64,000 bases of DNA from Hyaloraphidium curvatum SAG 235-1 (GCA_025558095.1 JAIVFI010000008.1:372001-436000), one strand, 5' to 3'; counted from the first letter of the stretch, positions 31,495 to 43,956 are shown. Notes: generated by a model from the sequence alone, not told the origin. Numbers and translations are program-made.

Positions 31495-34404
31495 CTAGAA
31501 CAGATACAGATTCTGGGCCATGGGGACCTTGTCCGCCGGTGCGCATTGCAGCAGCTTGCCGTCCGCCCACACCTCGTACGTCTCGGCGTCCACGCGGATC
31601 TTTGGCGTGGCATCGTTCAGCTTCATGTCCGCCTTGGAGATCGTCCGCGTGCCCTTGACGGGCTCCACGCGCTTGCTCAGCCCGTAACTCTTGACCTTCT
31701 CGACGCTGGCGCCGCTGACAAAGGCGATGGACGTCGTGGGGGCGGCCTTGCCGAGGGCGCCGTACATCGGCCGCATGACCACAGGCTCCGTCGTCGGGAT
31801 CGACGCGTTCGCATCGCCCATCTGTGCGTAGGTGATAATGCCGCCCTTGATGATGAGCTCGGGCTTGGTTCCGAAGAAGGCCGGCTTGTACATGACCAGG
31901 TCTGCGAGCTTTCCCACCTCGATCGAGCCGATCAGGTGGCCAAAGCCGTTGACGATCGCGCTGGATGCCGCGTCAGCGAAACCGGCCTGTGGACCTTCGG
32001 CGGATGTGCTTACGGGTTGATCGTGTACTTGGCAACGTACCGCTTGATGCGGAAGTTGTCATTGCCCTTGCCTTCATCTTCGGGCAAAGCGCCTCGCTGG
32101 GCTTTCATCCTGGGGAAACGATGGTCAAGCCAGACCGGGACAGAACTCGATCCAACGTACTTGTGTGCCGTGTGCCACGTTCTCGAAACGACCTCGCCGA
32201 TCCGTCCCATGGCCTGCGAATCCGACGATATGATCGAGATCGCACCAATGTCGTGCAGGATGTCCTCGGCCATGATCGTCTCGGAACGGATGCGGGACTC
32301 TGCAAAGGCAACATCTTCGGGAATCTTCCTGGACAGGTGGTGGCACACCATGAGCATGTCCACGTGCTCGTCCAGCGTGTTCTTGGTGTAGCACCGCGTC
32401 GGGTTGGTGGAGCTGGGGATGACGTTGGGAAGGCCGGCAACCGTGATGATGTCGGGGGCGTGACCACCGCCTGCTCCCTCGGTGTGGTAGGCATGAATGA
32501 CGCGGCCCTGCAGCGAAGAAGCACGTCAAGGAAGCGCCGCCGTTGCCCCAGGGACCTCTGACCTTGAAGGCTTCTATGGACTGCTCCACGAAGCCCGATT
32601 CGTTCAGAGTGTCGGTATGGATGTTGCAGGAGACATCGTACTCGTCGCAGACCGACAGGCATGCGTCGATTGCCGACGGAGTGGAACCCCAGTCCTCGTG
32701 GAGTTTCAGGCCCATGACGCCGGCCTCGATCTGCTCCCGCAGCCCCACTGCAGACGACGAGTTGCCTTTGCCCGTGAAGCCAAAGTTCATGGGGATTTCG
32801 TCCGTTGCCCTGAGCATCATCTGCACGTGGAAGGATCCGGGAGTGCAGGTCGTTGCGTTGGTGCCGGTGTTGGGGCCCGTGCCGCCGCCGACGAGCGTGG
32901 TGATGCCGTGTGCGATTGACTCCTCCACGATCTGGGGACAGATATAGTGGACGTGCGCGTCGATGGCGCCGGCCGTGAAGATCTTGCCCTCGCCCGCGAG
33001 GGCTTCCGTGGTAGCGCCGACCACCATGCCCGGAGTCACGCCCTCCATGACGTCGGGATTGCCCGCCTTGCCGATCCCGACGATGATGCCGCCTTTGATG
33101 CCAATGTCTGCTTTGTAGATCCCCGTGTAGTCAACGATCAGAGCGTTGGTGATGACCAAATCCAGGGCCTCCGTGTCCGGAACGCCGTCGGCCTGGCCCA
33201 TGCCCTCACGGAGCGTCTTGCCTCCGCCGAACTTGCACTCGTCGCCGTACTTGGTAAAATCACGCTCGACCTCGAGCACCAGGTTGGTGTCCGCCAGCCG
33301 GACCTTGTCCCCAGTCTGCAATGGAGACGCTCGAAATCGCTCGCTTCCCCTGCACGGAGCGCACCAACCGTTGGCCCGTAGATGTCGGCGTAAACCGTCC
33401 TCTCGATCTCAAACGGTTTGGGTTCCTCCAGCGCGGCGGCTTCCTCGTCCGCGAATCCCTTGTCCGCGATGAGCTTCTTCGCGGCCTCGGCGGACGCCTC
33501 CCCGATCTTTCCCGACGCAAGCCTGTTGCCCCCCCGAATCGTCTTGTTCCCCGAAATCTCCACCAAGGACACGGTCTTGGTCTCCCCCGGCTCGAAGCGC
33601 ACGGCGGTTCCCGAAGGGATGTCGAGGCGGTATCCAAGGGCAGCAATGCGCGCGAAAGAGAGCTGGGGGTTCGTTTCGACAAAATGGTAGTGCGAGCCAA
33701 CCTGAGGGCAGGGCGATGTATGAGACAATACGCCGCTTTAAAGTCAAAGCATTCTTGCCTGGATTGGACGGTCACCGTTATTCTTGACCTTGAGCGCAAC
33801 TCGTTTCCTCCCTGGGTTGAGCACAATCTTGCCCGCCTTGGCAACCACAGCTCCCGGCACATCCTCCTCCTTGATCGGGGTCTCGAGAGGGAACTTCGAA
33901 GAATCCGGAACGGGCAAGAAGGACCCGTAAAGCGCGAGCTCGATGTCCCCATCGTCCGACGAGATTGGGTCGTGCACCGTCACGAGCTTGCTGCCGTCCG
34001 GGAACGTGCCCTCGACCTGAACCTCGTGCAGAAGATAAGGCACGTCTGGCAGCACATGCCGACGTCCCAGAATGCTGCGGCCCAGGCTCATAAGGTCCGC
34101 CACGGTGCGGTTGCCATCCCGGACCAGCTCGAGCAGCTGCGAGGATGTTCGGGTTGGCGCCAAAGGGCACTGAGGCGAGCAAGCAAACGGCACCTGACTC
34201 GCGATGAGAGCATTCGCCTCGGTATAGTTGAGTTTCAGACCCCTAGCGAGGCGTTTCTGCGCGACGAAAGCGGCCTGGTGCAGGACGAGCTTGTCGATCT
34301 GATTCCCGCGATGCGGACGCGTCCGCACGTCAGGTGTCCTGCAATAGGCTGCAGACCGCACAGAGCCGTGGCGAACGTACTTCGCGCGGGATTAATCGCG
34401 ACAT
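31495..34404 (-). CDS. URE1: Urease (single-chain gamma-beta-alpha fusion, multi-exon)
   Basis: MSRLIPRE|[26 protein letters not shown]|[56 protein letters not shown]. Confidence 0.98.
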
Positions 34405-34477
34405 CGCGGCGTAGATAAGCGGGGAGACTTGGGGTGCGGCGGCGTTGCGTTTCGCACCAGCTCGCACAAACAAGAGG
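34405..34477. promoter_or_regulatory. Putative 73-bp bidirectional promoter region between urease and UreG
   Basis: Divergent ATGs at 34404 (-) and 34478 (+). It contains a GATAAG sequence (~34414), a possible nitrogen-GATA site, though it lies close to the urease ATG. Confidence 0.45.
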
Positions 34478-35516
34478 ATGCCGGGCAGCACAGACGCAGA
34501 GCTCCGAGCCGTGGTGGCGCGTTTCGCGCCTCGCGGAGATCATAGCCATACGCACGCGGACCACGGGCATTCACATTCCCATGGAGAGCACAGGTCCGTC
34601 GAAAGCTGTCTCCGTGATCTCCACCCTCCTGACGCGACCGATCCGAAGCCACGACCACGACCACGATCATGGGGATCATGGGCACACGCATGAGATACTG
34701 GAGCACCCCGGGACGTACGGATCCCGGCCCTTGCCTGAGTACAGGGGGCGAGATTGGGACGAACGGGCGTTCACTGTCGGCATCGGGGGGTGCGTCCGCC
34801 ATCGGTTTGATCCGGGCTCAGTGGATTGATGCTGGATATGCTGCGATGCGCCAGACCCGTGGGGAGCGGCAAGACCGCCCTCATGCTCGCCCTGTGTCAG
34901 GCCCTGCGGGACAAGTTCAACATCGCGTGCGTGACAAACGACATCTTCACCAAGGAGGACACGGAGTTCCTCCAGAAGCACGGAGCCCTGCCCAAGGAGC
35001 GCATCCGTGCGATCGAGACGGGAGGGTGCCCGCACGCCGCGATCCGCGAGGACATTTCCGCGAACCTCCACGCGCTAGAGCAGCTGCAGGTTGACTTCAA
35101 CACGCAGCTCCTGCTGATCGAATCCGGAGGCGACAACCTCGCTGCAAACTATTCGCGCGAGCTGGCGGACTACATTATCTACGGTACGTCGGGCGCCGCA
35201 ACCGCTACCCTGAAGCTGACGCAATCACCACCGAACAACAGTTATTGACGTGGCCGGTGGCGACAAGGTGCCCCGCAAGGGCGGGCCGGGCATCACTCAG
35301 TCCGATCTGCTCATCATCAACAAGACGGATCTGGCCGAAATCGTCGGCGCCGATCTCAGCGTCATGGCACGGGACGCCAAGCTCATGCGGGACGAAGGGC
35401 CGACGATCTTTGCGCAGGTCAAGAACGGGGTCGGTGTGCCGGAGATTGTAGAGCACATCCTGACGGCATGGACTGAGAGCGGCGCATCCGCTCACGGGGT
35501 GGCATTGCAAGCATGA
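34478..35516 (+). CDS. ureG: Urease accessory GTPase UreG with His-rich N-terminus (multi-exon)
   Basis: [14 protein letters not shown]..., [57 protein letters not shown]. Confidence 0.97.
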
Positions 35517-35545
35517 AGCTTGCAAAACGGAAACAAAGATCATCC

Positions 35546-38500
35546 CTAGCCGTAGGCCCCGTTCCCGTCCGCCAATGCCCCAGCATCTTCGGCACCGAAG
35601 AGCTCGTCACCGGATCCAACAGCGTGCCCATCAAGGGCGTCATCCAGATCAGCGAGACCGTCCTCCATGTGGAGATTGTCCACCATGCTTTCGATCAAAG
35701 CGGCGTCCACATCGCCATAGGCGGCTCCGAGCGGCTTCGATCGGCGCATGAACAGGTCGGTGTCCCAGTTCCTCTCCAGCAGACCCGCTTCAAAGACCCG
35801 CAACTGCAGCTGCAGCGGAAGCTCGGCGTCGTGCACGCATCCGTGCCTAAACAAGAAAGCCAAGAAAGTGCCCCAGGTGCTCTCCACCGTGGAAAGCAGG
35901 TTTGGATCCCCAACAACCACAAGCAAGGCTTTTGCCCTGGTGATTGCCACGTTGAAGCGCTGCTCGCTGTGCACCAAGCCCATGTCGTTCTCCATGTCTC
36001 GTTCCAGGAAGGCTTGGGAGCTGCGCACGCAGCTGATTATGATAATCTTGCGCTCCATGCCCTGGTAATCCTCGACGACGCCGACGTTGACTGCCGCGTG
36101 TCCTTTCTTCCTCAGCGCGAGACGGATGCGGCGCACTTGCTCCCGGAAGGGCGCGATGACACCAAAATCCTCGTACTTGACTTTGATAGCAGGGTCGGCC
36201 AGGAGCGACTCGACGACATCGACGACTTTTGCCACCTCGTCGTCGTTGTACCCTGAAGAGCACGACTTTCAAGCGATACGTCATAAGGTCGCCCAGAGCA
36301 CTCACAGGAATCTCCGTTGCCGATCCCCGCATCCTGCCCAGCAACACCGAAAAAGGCAATCGGGAACTCGGAGCCCTTGAGCTCATGCCACGGCAAGAGC
36401 GACTCGGTGACCCGGTCGTCCGCAAACGGCAAAAGGCTGTCGTTGTAGTACATTTGGGAGGGTATCTGCGATCGGCGCCAGGCATGTCACCTGCATTCTG
36501 ATCCAGCGACAGGGCCCCCGACGAAGATACTCACCATCAGGATGGACTTGTGGCTGCGATAGTTTCGGCGGAGGTGGACGAATGGGGCGGAGAAGTCGCC
36601 GTGGTGACCATCCTCATCGCGGTAAACGGGCAAGGCGTGCAACCGCTCCAAAAGGGAGCGCTTCAAACCCTTCTCGCGGGCAAAATCCGAAACGACGCGG
36701 GGTCCCAACTGTCTGTGGTCGCCGCAGAGAACGAGCTGCGGCGGCCGCCCGGCTCTGGCTGCACCCCCGGCAGGTGCCTTGCGGAAGACGACGCTCATCG
36801 GTATCAGAATTTCGGGTTCCGTTGCCTGCCCGCATTCGTCGACCAAGCAGTGGGTCCAGTGCGGACTCGATGGCTTGGCCGAATGATAGATGGGGAACGT
36901 TGCCCTTGCGTAATCGTCGTAGCCCGCCAAAGTGCCCTCGTACTGAGCGTTCGAAAGACCCAAGTGCACCAAGAAAGCCGCGTCGAAGCAGGTGCAGACC
37001 ACCACGCGGAAAGCCATGAGCTTCGTCTTGTCCGGGAAGGTGAAATAGCCAGACTGCGAGGCCGTGTACGGCAACATGTCGTCCGCGACTTCAGCAAACG
37101 TTCGCGCCGGGTTGCAGAGCCGGAAAAGATCCTTTGGCATTAGATGAGGGATCAGACGCTTCAAAATCGTGTCGGCTGCGCTGCTCGAAGGTGCAGTCGC
37201 CAAGATACGGGCATCCGGTCTGTGCTGCAGAATCTGCAGTATGGCTTCCACGATGGTTGACGTTTTGCCGGTCCCGGGGGGGCCGAAAATTACAAACGGA
37301 CACGGTCCGTAAGAGTCTTCCACGATCCGCTCCACAGCCAGTCGCTGCTCAAAGTTAAGCTCCGCGTTGTAGACATCGAGGGTGGGAATCTTTCCCAGCG
37401 CCGGCTGTGCAACGGCTTCGGCCTTTAAAGGGTCGATCTGTGTCCGTTCAGGTTTGACCGGGAAAAGCCATTCCTCGCGACCTTCCTCGCCGAAGAACTT
37501 CACCGCACGAGCGGCAGCGCCGAGCGAAGCTTTGTCCGGCTCCCAACGGACGTTGTAGGTGCCGTGAAACGGAAACTGCGGGTTCACCGCGACGTAGACG
37601 CGCTGCAATCGCCGATCCACGGCCCATACAGGGCACCAGTAATCCCGCCCGTCAAAGGGCACCGTCTGCTGGCGAATGCGCAGCTGGTCTCCGACCTGGA
37701 TACGGGGCTGATCGTCCATCAAGCCCGGTATCTCCACCACGGCAATGAGCGGGCCCAGGCCCATTTCGCCGAAACGGGAGGTCGTGGCCTGATCGAAGGC
37801 GACGTGTGCCCCGTACATCTGATGCCGCGCGCAGCGGTCAACCTGCGCCGCCAGTTCGGATCCCAAGAGCAGCCGGAAGAACGTAGTGTACGTTTGCATT
37901 TCAAGGGTCCCGGGGAGCTTAGGTTTCAGCACGGGCTGTACCTCGGGGAGGTGGATCGACCAATCCAGCTCAGCAACCAGGTGCGGAACGGGCGGCAAGC
38001 CCTGCAGAAAACGCGCCCTGAGGTCTGGCAATGGAGGAGGCAGGCCGGCGAAAGCATATCGTCCCAGACTGTCGCCAAGGAGTTTCAGATTCGAAGGCAC
38101 GTAGGGCTCAGCGTAGAGCGCGCTGCCGAAATCAAAGACGGTGGCGGGTTTGACTCGCAAAGTGAGGGAGCGGAGCAACACGAAGCAGTCGTTGACGACG
38201 AGCAAGAGGTCTGATCGGATGTGGCCGTACTGGCGCAGTCCCGTGGCAGAAACCTCGACCAGGAGCTCTTCCCCGGGCTTGATAATGATAGGCTCGTTCC
38301 CGCCGCCTGGCCGCTTCACCCTCGCCGCAAACTCGTCCCGCGGGGGGACGATGGTCAAGAGCGAAAAAGAAACGGGCTTATCCTGCGTTGTGTTGCGGAC
38401 AAAAATGCTCTGCGTCAGGGTCGTACCGCTCCTCAGGGACTGAAAGTCCAGCACCTCTCCATTCCCTCCAAGCCGGCGAGCCTCTTCCGAGAACAAACGC

Positions 38501-38886
38501 AGGAGCTCCGTCAGCGACGTCAAGGCGCTGCCGCGCGTCGCCCGATCCCCTTGCAGCGCGCGATACTGCTTCAGCCGCTGGATGATCCGCGAATGGATCG
38601 GGGGAACTTCCTCGGAGGGAGCGGGGGCCGGTTTCGGGGTCACTCGGGGCTCAGGCGTCATGGAAAGCTCCGGTGTGCCAGGAGACTGCTGATTTGACAG
38701 TCCTGGCGGTGCCCTTGCAGATCCCAAGAGCGGAGAGCCCGCTACGGATCCTGATTGGGATCCGGCGGGCGATTGGGCCTTTTGCGCCGACCCGTTCAAG
38801 CGGGGCGACGGCAGCCCCGGCGGAGGCCGCAGCAGGGGGCTGCCTTGAGCCACAAGGCCCTCCCGGCTGCCCTCGTCGCCTGTCAT
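35546..38886 (-). CDS. MOV10/SDE3-like UPF1-family RNA helicase
   Basis: FGPPGTGKT, ILATAPSSSAAD, VDECGQATEPE, GDHRQLGP, NYRSH, VEDYQGMER and RFNVAITRAK, plus a MOV10-type N-terminal Ig-like/beta-barrel region. Confidence 0.88.
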
Positions 38887-39030
38887 TGCCGGCGAGGCTC
38901 GGCGTGGCTCGCCGCGGCCCCACAGCCAGCCGGACGATCGACGCGATCGATGAAATTGAGTGCGCGCTTTAGCTACCGGTAAGGTACAAAGACGAACGAC
39001 CAGCCGGCCACCTGGCGAGCTGGCGGCCCG

Positions 39031-39673
39031 ATGGCCGAAACGGAAGCCGATTTCGACCCTACCGTGAGCCTCGTATAGGCGCGGTTCGCGTCATTTCGCC
39101 CGCTGACCGACTCAGCGTTGCATACATTAAATAGGCATCTAGACAAGACGGCAATTTCATTAGACGAAGCAATCTTTCATTTTCATTCTATAATTAGAAA
39201 TTCTAAAGTCCTACTTATGCTTTATGCGACCTTGAGAATAACATCAACTTCCCTAAGTCTTAACTCATGAGAGTTATGAACAAGGATAGTCGTTAAGGCT
39301 TAGGAGCAGCGGGTGCCGGGTTTATTCGACCGCGTCCGCCGCGCTCCATCCGCGCCGATGCACTGCTCACAAGGCGATCGAAATGGCAGACGGGACAAGG
39401 GTTCCAATAATCAACGAGCAGGTAACCCTACCCTGCGCCTGGCGCCGAATGACCGACGGATTGCGACAGGAATACGTCGTGATCGACGTTGATGGCGGGC
39501 ACGTCATCTGCATGGACGAAGGCGGGAACCAGCTGCGGTTCGACCTCGGCCAGCATGCTGGCCGCGCGGCCGAGCTGTGGAAACGAGGGGAAGGGAACGT
39601 CCGGGTCAAGGTGCGGAGTGCGGTTGGAGTGGATCAGGTGGTCGATGTGCGGACGGCCGCGGAAGGGGAGTGA
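39031..39673 (+). pseudogene. eIF5A-like gene retaining only the C-terminal OB-fold; middle exon disrupted by AT-rich sequence
   Basis: Exon 1 MAETEADFDPT is followed by a canonical intron (39064-39115). The 3' exons encode VPIINEQ|EYVVIDVDGGHVICMDEGG...VRVKVRSAVGVDQVVD, similar to the eIF5A C-domain. An in-frame TAA follows the first intron. Confidence 0.55.
39121..39300. other. AT-rich island (~34% GC, hand count 61/180) in a GC-rich context
   Basis: Abrupt compositional change on both sides. Contains a small hairpin, TAACTC-ATGA-GAGTTA. Confidence 0.9.
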
Positions 39674-39887
39674 AGTACTCCTTGAGCCCTCCTCTTCCTC
39701 CTTCCTCCTTCTCTGTCTCTCTCTATCTTCATGTCCCGGACGGCAGGGTACTTCGCGACGGACCAGTTCCCTCAGCATGTGTATCGATTCAGCAAAACCA
39801 TGACAATCTAAAGAATGCAATCAATCCACGCAACGGAAGCTCGGCGAAGAAGGATACATCGATCAGCGACGCAATCCAAACCGCCGA

Positions 39888-41505
39888 TCACTCCTTCCCC
39901 ATCTTCCGCTGCCAATCGAACCAGAAGAGCATGATGGCCAGCGGCTGCCCGATGATGCAGAAGCTCATCCAGAAGTGCAGATTGCCCACTGTATCCGACA
40001 CCTCCTTCGGCGGCCTCCACCCCAGCGCGTCCCGGATCTTGGCGACCGCGCCGTCGAGGTAGATCATTGGCACCTGCGCGAGCATGCCCAGGGCGGCGTA
40101 GCCGTAGAGCACGTGCGTGGGAACGCCGATGATGAGCTCGTGCAGGAGCGCCGAGACGGTGAAGACGATGAGCTGCGATGCCATGGGGGAGAGGGCGTGG
40201 TTGCGGATCAGGGGGATATACTGGGGGGGGCGGGTGTTCATGTCAGCCGAGGGACACCGGCAGCGATCGCGGCTCCGAACCCACGATGTGCCTCTTCGCC
40301 CAGGTGCTCACGGGGAGGTTCCAGAGCCTCCAGTACTGCCCGTAGCTCGTCGAATTCCACCACTCCCCGAAGAAGCGCCTGTCACCGAACCGCAGGGCTT
40401 CCGCAAAGGCGTTGAGGAACGAGTGAAATGTTAAATAGAAGCCGAGGATCCAAATATAGAGGGAGGTCATCGACAGCTTGAGCAGCCTCTCCGCGAGCTG
40501 CCCGATGGTCTTTGCGTTGCGCGTGTTCTGCAGCGTCGGTAGAGCGTACTGACGAGTGAGGAAGAGGATCGCGAGCGAGACGACGACCAGCTCCAGGACC
40601 CTCTTTGCAAAGTAGCTCTTGCGGAACCGCCGGGTCCTTGGGTAAACCGGCTGGTAACACAGCGTCGGAGCCAGCCAAAAGTAGAGAGCGTTGCCGAAGG
40701 TGAGGTTCTGGGGATACGGGAGCTCGTTCGGGTCAAACGGCGGGGCGTCCGTCTCGAGCAGCGCCGCTTCCTGTGAGTCCTTGACAGGGTCCTCGGCCGG
40801 CCGGGGGCTTTTGGGGACCGGAATGCCTTGCCCGCGGCGGGTCGTGTCGACGAGCTCCTGCCGCAGCTCGCGGTTCACGAGGCAGTAGCTGATGAGCTTC
40901 AGGAAGAGGATCGTGGGGAGGAAGAGGGCGCACATGCCCGGCAATGGGTGGTAAATGCCGAACCAGACGACGAGGGTGGGTATCGAGATCTCCAGCGCGA
41001 TGTTGAGCACGTGTAGGGTGGGTACGACGGCGGTGGCGATCGGCTGCCCCTTGGCGGCGATTTCCGCGGCAGCACGGCTCTCAATGAGTACGGCAGCGGC
41101 GAGGTGCACCGGCATCAGAGCCAGGCACAAGCCGGCCATCAACCAGTCCCGCGTCGGGGCGCCGAAGCCGCCAAAGTCGATGAGCAGGCCATACTTCGAG
41201 TAATTTTCTAGCACAAGCCGCACGTTGGCCACGAAAAGGAGCAGTAGGCCGAGATTCAGGAAGCCGCGGTAGTTGTTCTCCGGACTTTGCTTGTCGAACG
41301 GCGAGGCTCTGATGCCGGAGTGAACCAAGTACGCGTGCGAATAGAACCCTGGGAGCGAGTTCCGGCGTTCCGGCTTCCCCTTGGCATTGCCATGTGCGCG
41401 GTCAGCGTCCTCTCCGGCTGGCAGGTGACTGTCGGCAGCCCTCGTGCCGGAAGCCGCCTGCGGGTTCCGCTGGCGCAGGACGCGGGCTGGCGACGCCTCC
41501 GACAT
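39888..41505 (-). CDS. DGAT1: Diacylglycerol O-acyltransferase 1 (MBOAT family)
   Basis: NYRGFLNL, FWLAPTLCYQPVYPRT, FGDRRFFGEWWNS, YWRLWNLPV, VSALLHE, GNLHFW. Confidence 0.92.
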
Positions 41506-41674
41506 CCCGCAAAATGGCACAGACGTGCAGGAAACTGGAGCCGGCCAGAAAGAAGGGCTCTTCGTCCCGAGCTGTCTGACGTGTCGAAGGTCAGGGTGCA
41601 GCTTGGCACAGCCGCATGTTCGCGCTGCCCGATCACGCCCGACTGTGCATTTGGACTTGCGCCGAAAAGCGACA

Positions 41675-42857
41675 ATGCCGGGCAAGTCGCCCGAGGGCGG
41701 CGCGGCCACGTGAGTCCCCGAGGCGCCTTTCGCGGCCCCGCTGACGCGCCTCCGCCGCGCCGACCACCGTGCCGCCGCCCCGTGACCGGCCTCCCGCCTG
41801 CCACGCCGCGCCCGCCTCCGCCTCCACTCCGTATCCCGCGCCTCTCAGCGCGCCGCCGGACGACGAGCCGGCCGACGACTACGAGAGCGACGAGGGCTCC
41901 GACGCGGCCTCGGACGCGGGCGGCGCCGCAAAGGGCCGCGGCCTGGGAAAGGGGAAGGGGAAGGGCGTCAAGCGGGGCATGCCGTCGTCGCTGGCGCACC
42001 TCGACGACGCTGCCGCCGACGACGCGCTGAGCCCCGGCGCGTCGGACGCGGCGGGCAGCGGGGCCTACTCGGCCGGCGGGGACTCGGCCTCGGACGCCGC
42101 CGGTGGCGGCGCCGCGTACGACGAGGACAGCCCGGTAGAGGAGTACGAGGAGGACGGCGCGGAGGACGACGGCGAGGGCAGCGGCTACGAGGAGGTGCCG
42201 TGCCCGCGCGGCCGGTTGGAATGTCCCCCCCTCACGCGTCCCCCATCCAGAACGGCGCCGTTGCGGTCTACTACGAGGAGTCCGAGGACGCGGACGACGA
42301 CGAGGAGGACGCGTATGCCGACGACGCCGAGTTTGCGGAGATCAAGGACCGCGCGCCGGTCTCGGGGGAGGGCTCCCGATCGGGCTCCGAGAGCGAGGGC
42401 GAGGGCGACGAGGTCGAGCAGGGCTCGCCGTCGGAGCCCGAGGACGAGGAGGACGATTATTTGAACGAGGGGAGCGGCCAGCGGCCGCAGCTGGCCGGCA
42501 AGGGTGAGCTGAACTGCGGGTGGCCGCCGTGCCTGACTGACACCTTCGCCGGTTTCAGGCCTGCCGGAAGCCTCGCCCGAGCCCGCGGACGAGCTCGGCG
42601 AGGACGACGAGTTCGAGCAGAGCTACCTCGCCCCGGGCGCCGTATATGGCGCGGCGCCCGACGACGCGCCGCCCACGGGGGGCAAGGGCCCCAAGCGGAA
42701 GCGCGACGACGAGGCCGCGGACGACGACTTTGGGGACATGGCCGCGTTCGACGCGGAGAACGCGGACGTCAACGAGCTCTTCGAGAGCGAGTTCCTCGTC
42801 GGCGGGGAAGGGAACAAGCGGCAGCGGATCGACGAGTTCGTGGAGGACCTGGAATGA
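41675..42857 (+). CDS. Highly acidic low-complexity protein with basic NLS-like motifs (multi-exon)
   Basis: Asp/Glu-rich exons joined by GT-AG introns, with KGPKRKR and NKRQR motifs. Ends EFVEDLE*. Confidence 0.6.
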
Positions 42858-43004
42858 CGCCGCGGATCTTGGGGAATGCCTTTGGCGGAAGGAGCCGGTC
42901 AAATGTACAGGCGGGCCGCGGGGCCCGCAATCGGGAATCAATTTCGGAGTCTAGCATCATGCCCATTCCAAGAGTGCCAAGAGTGCCGGCGCCCGGCGGA
43001 ATCG

Positions 43005-43848
43005 TCACGGCTTGGGTATCCTCAGCGACTTGCTGATCTGCGCGCAGCCGCTCGCGAACCACAGCAGGATGTACGGGTGGAACCTGGCGGGTCCGGTCCG
43101 CGTCAGCGAAGTGTCCCCCACGACCCGGCGGCGCCACCCACAGCGGTCCACCCGGCCACAGATGCCGCACGCCGAACGGCAGAGCGTCCTCGATCATCCC
43201 CCGCCGCAGAAAGTACCCCACGGTGACGGTGAGCGCGAGCGTGGTCGGCACCGGCGTGCCCTCGAAGTACTTGATCTGCCCCTTCTCGTCCTTTATCACG
43301 TTGATCGTCGCGTTGAACCGGGCCAGCCTGCTGATCCCGCACGCGACAAAGAACACCAGCACCGCGCAGTCCGCCGCGGTGCGCATGCCGACCGCGAAGG
43401 CGAGCATTGACGGCGCGACCGAGAAGGACACGAGGTCGGCGAGCGAGTCCAGCTCCTGGCCTGCTCGGCGTTAGCCGCTTCCGACGCCGCGAGTGGTTCG
43501 GAGCCACCAACCGAAGAGGCTGCCCTGCCCGTTGCCCATCCACCGCGCCACGCGGCCGTCGAGCGTGTCGCACAGGAAGCTCAGCGGCTGCAGCCAGATG
43601 GCCCACCACAGGTCGCGCGGGTCGCGCGAGACGAGGAACGCGGCCGAGGAGAGGTACGATGCGATGCCGCAGATGCCGTTGCCGAGCGTGAAGTAGTCGG
43701 CGAGGGCAAAGTCTCTGGCGTGTTTGGGGGCCGGGTGGGGTGACGTGGCAGGGTGAGCGGGCAGCCGCCGCACCGACGCGTCGCCGCACCTGATCATCGT
43801 GAAGCGGCGCCTGCCGGAGGTGCCTGGCGGGGGCCGAGGACGCGACAT
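43005..43848 (-). CDS. CHO1: CDP-diacylglycerol--serine O-phosphatidyltransferase
   Basis: DFALADYFTLGNG, DTLDGRVAR, GQELDSLADLVSF, RLARFN, YFEGTPVPT. Confidence 0.93.
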
Positions 43849-43956
43849 CGCGGGGGGGGCTTTATTTAGAGGTTTAGAGGACGCGTCGAATCCCTTGGTC
43901 CCTTCATCGCGTGCACCTCTCCGGGAGAGGCCGAGGGGAGGTTGAGGGTCGCGACG

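Noticed and set aside
39121-39300. MITE/transposon or tRNA/snoRNA identity for the AT-rich island
   Set aside because: I found no convincing terminal inverted repeats, target-site duplication, cloverleaf or paired C/D boxes.
39383-39673. HEX-1 (Woronin body protein)
   Set aside because: There is no C-terminal PTS1 and the N-terminal domain is absent. Only general eIF5A-like similarity is supportable.
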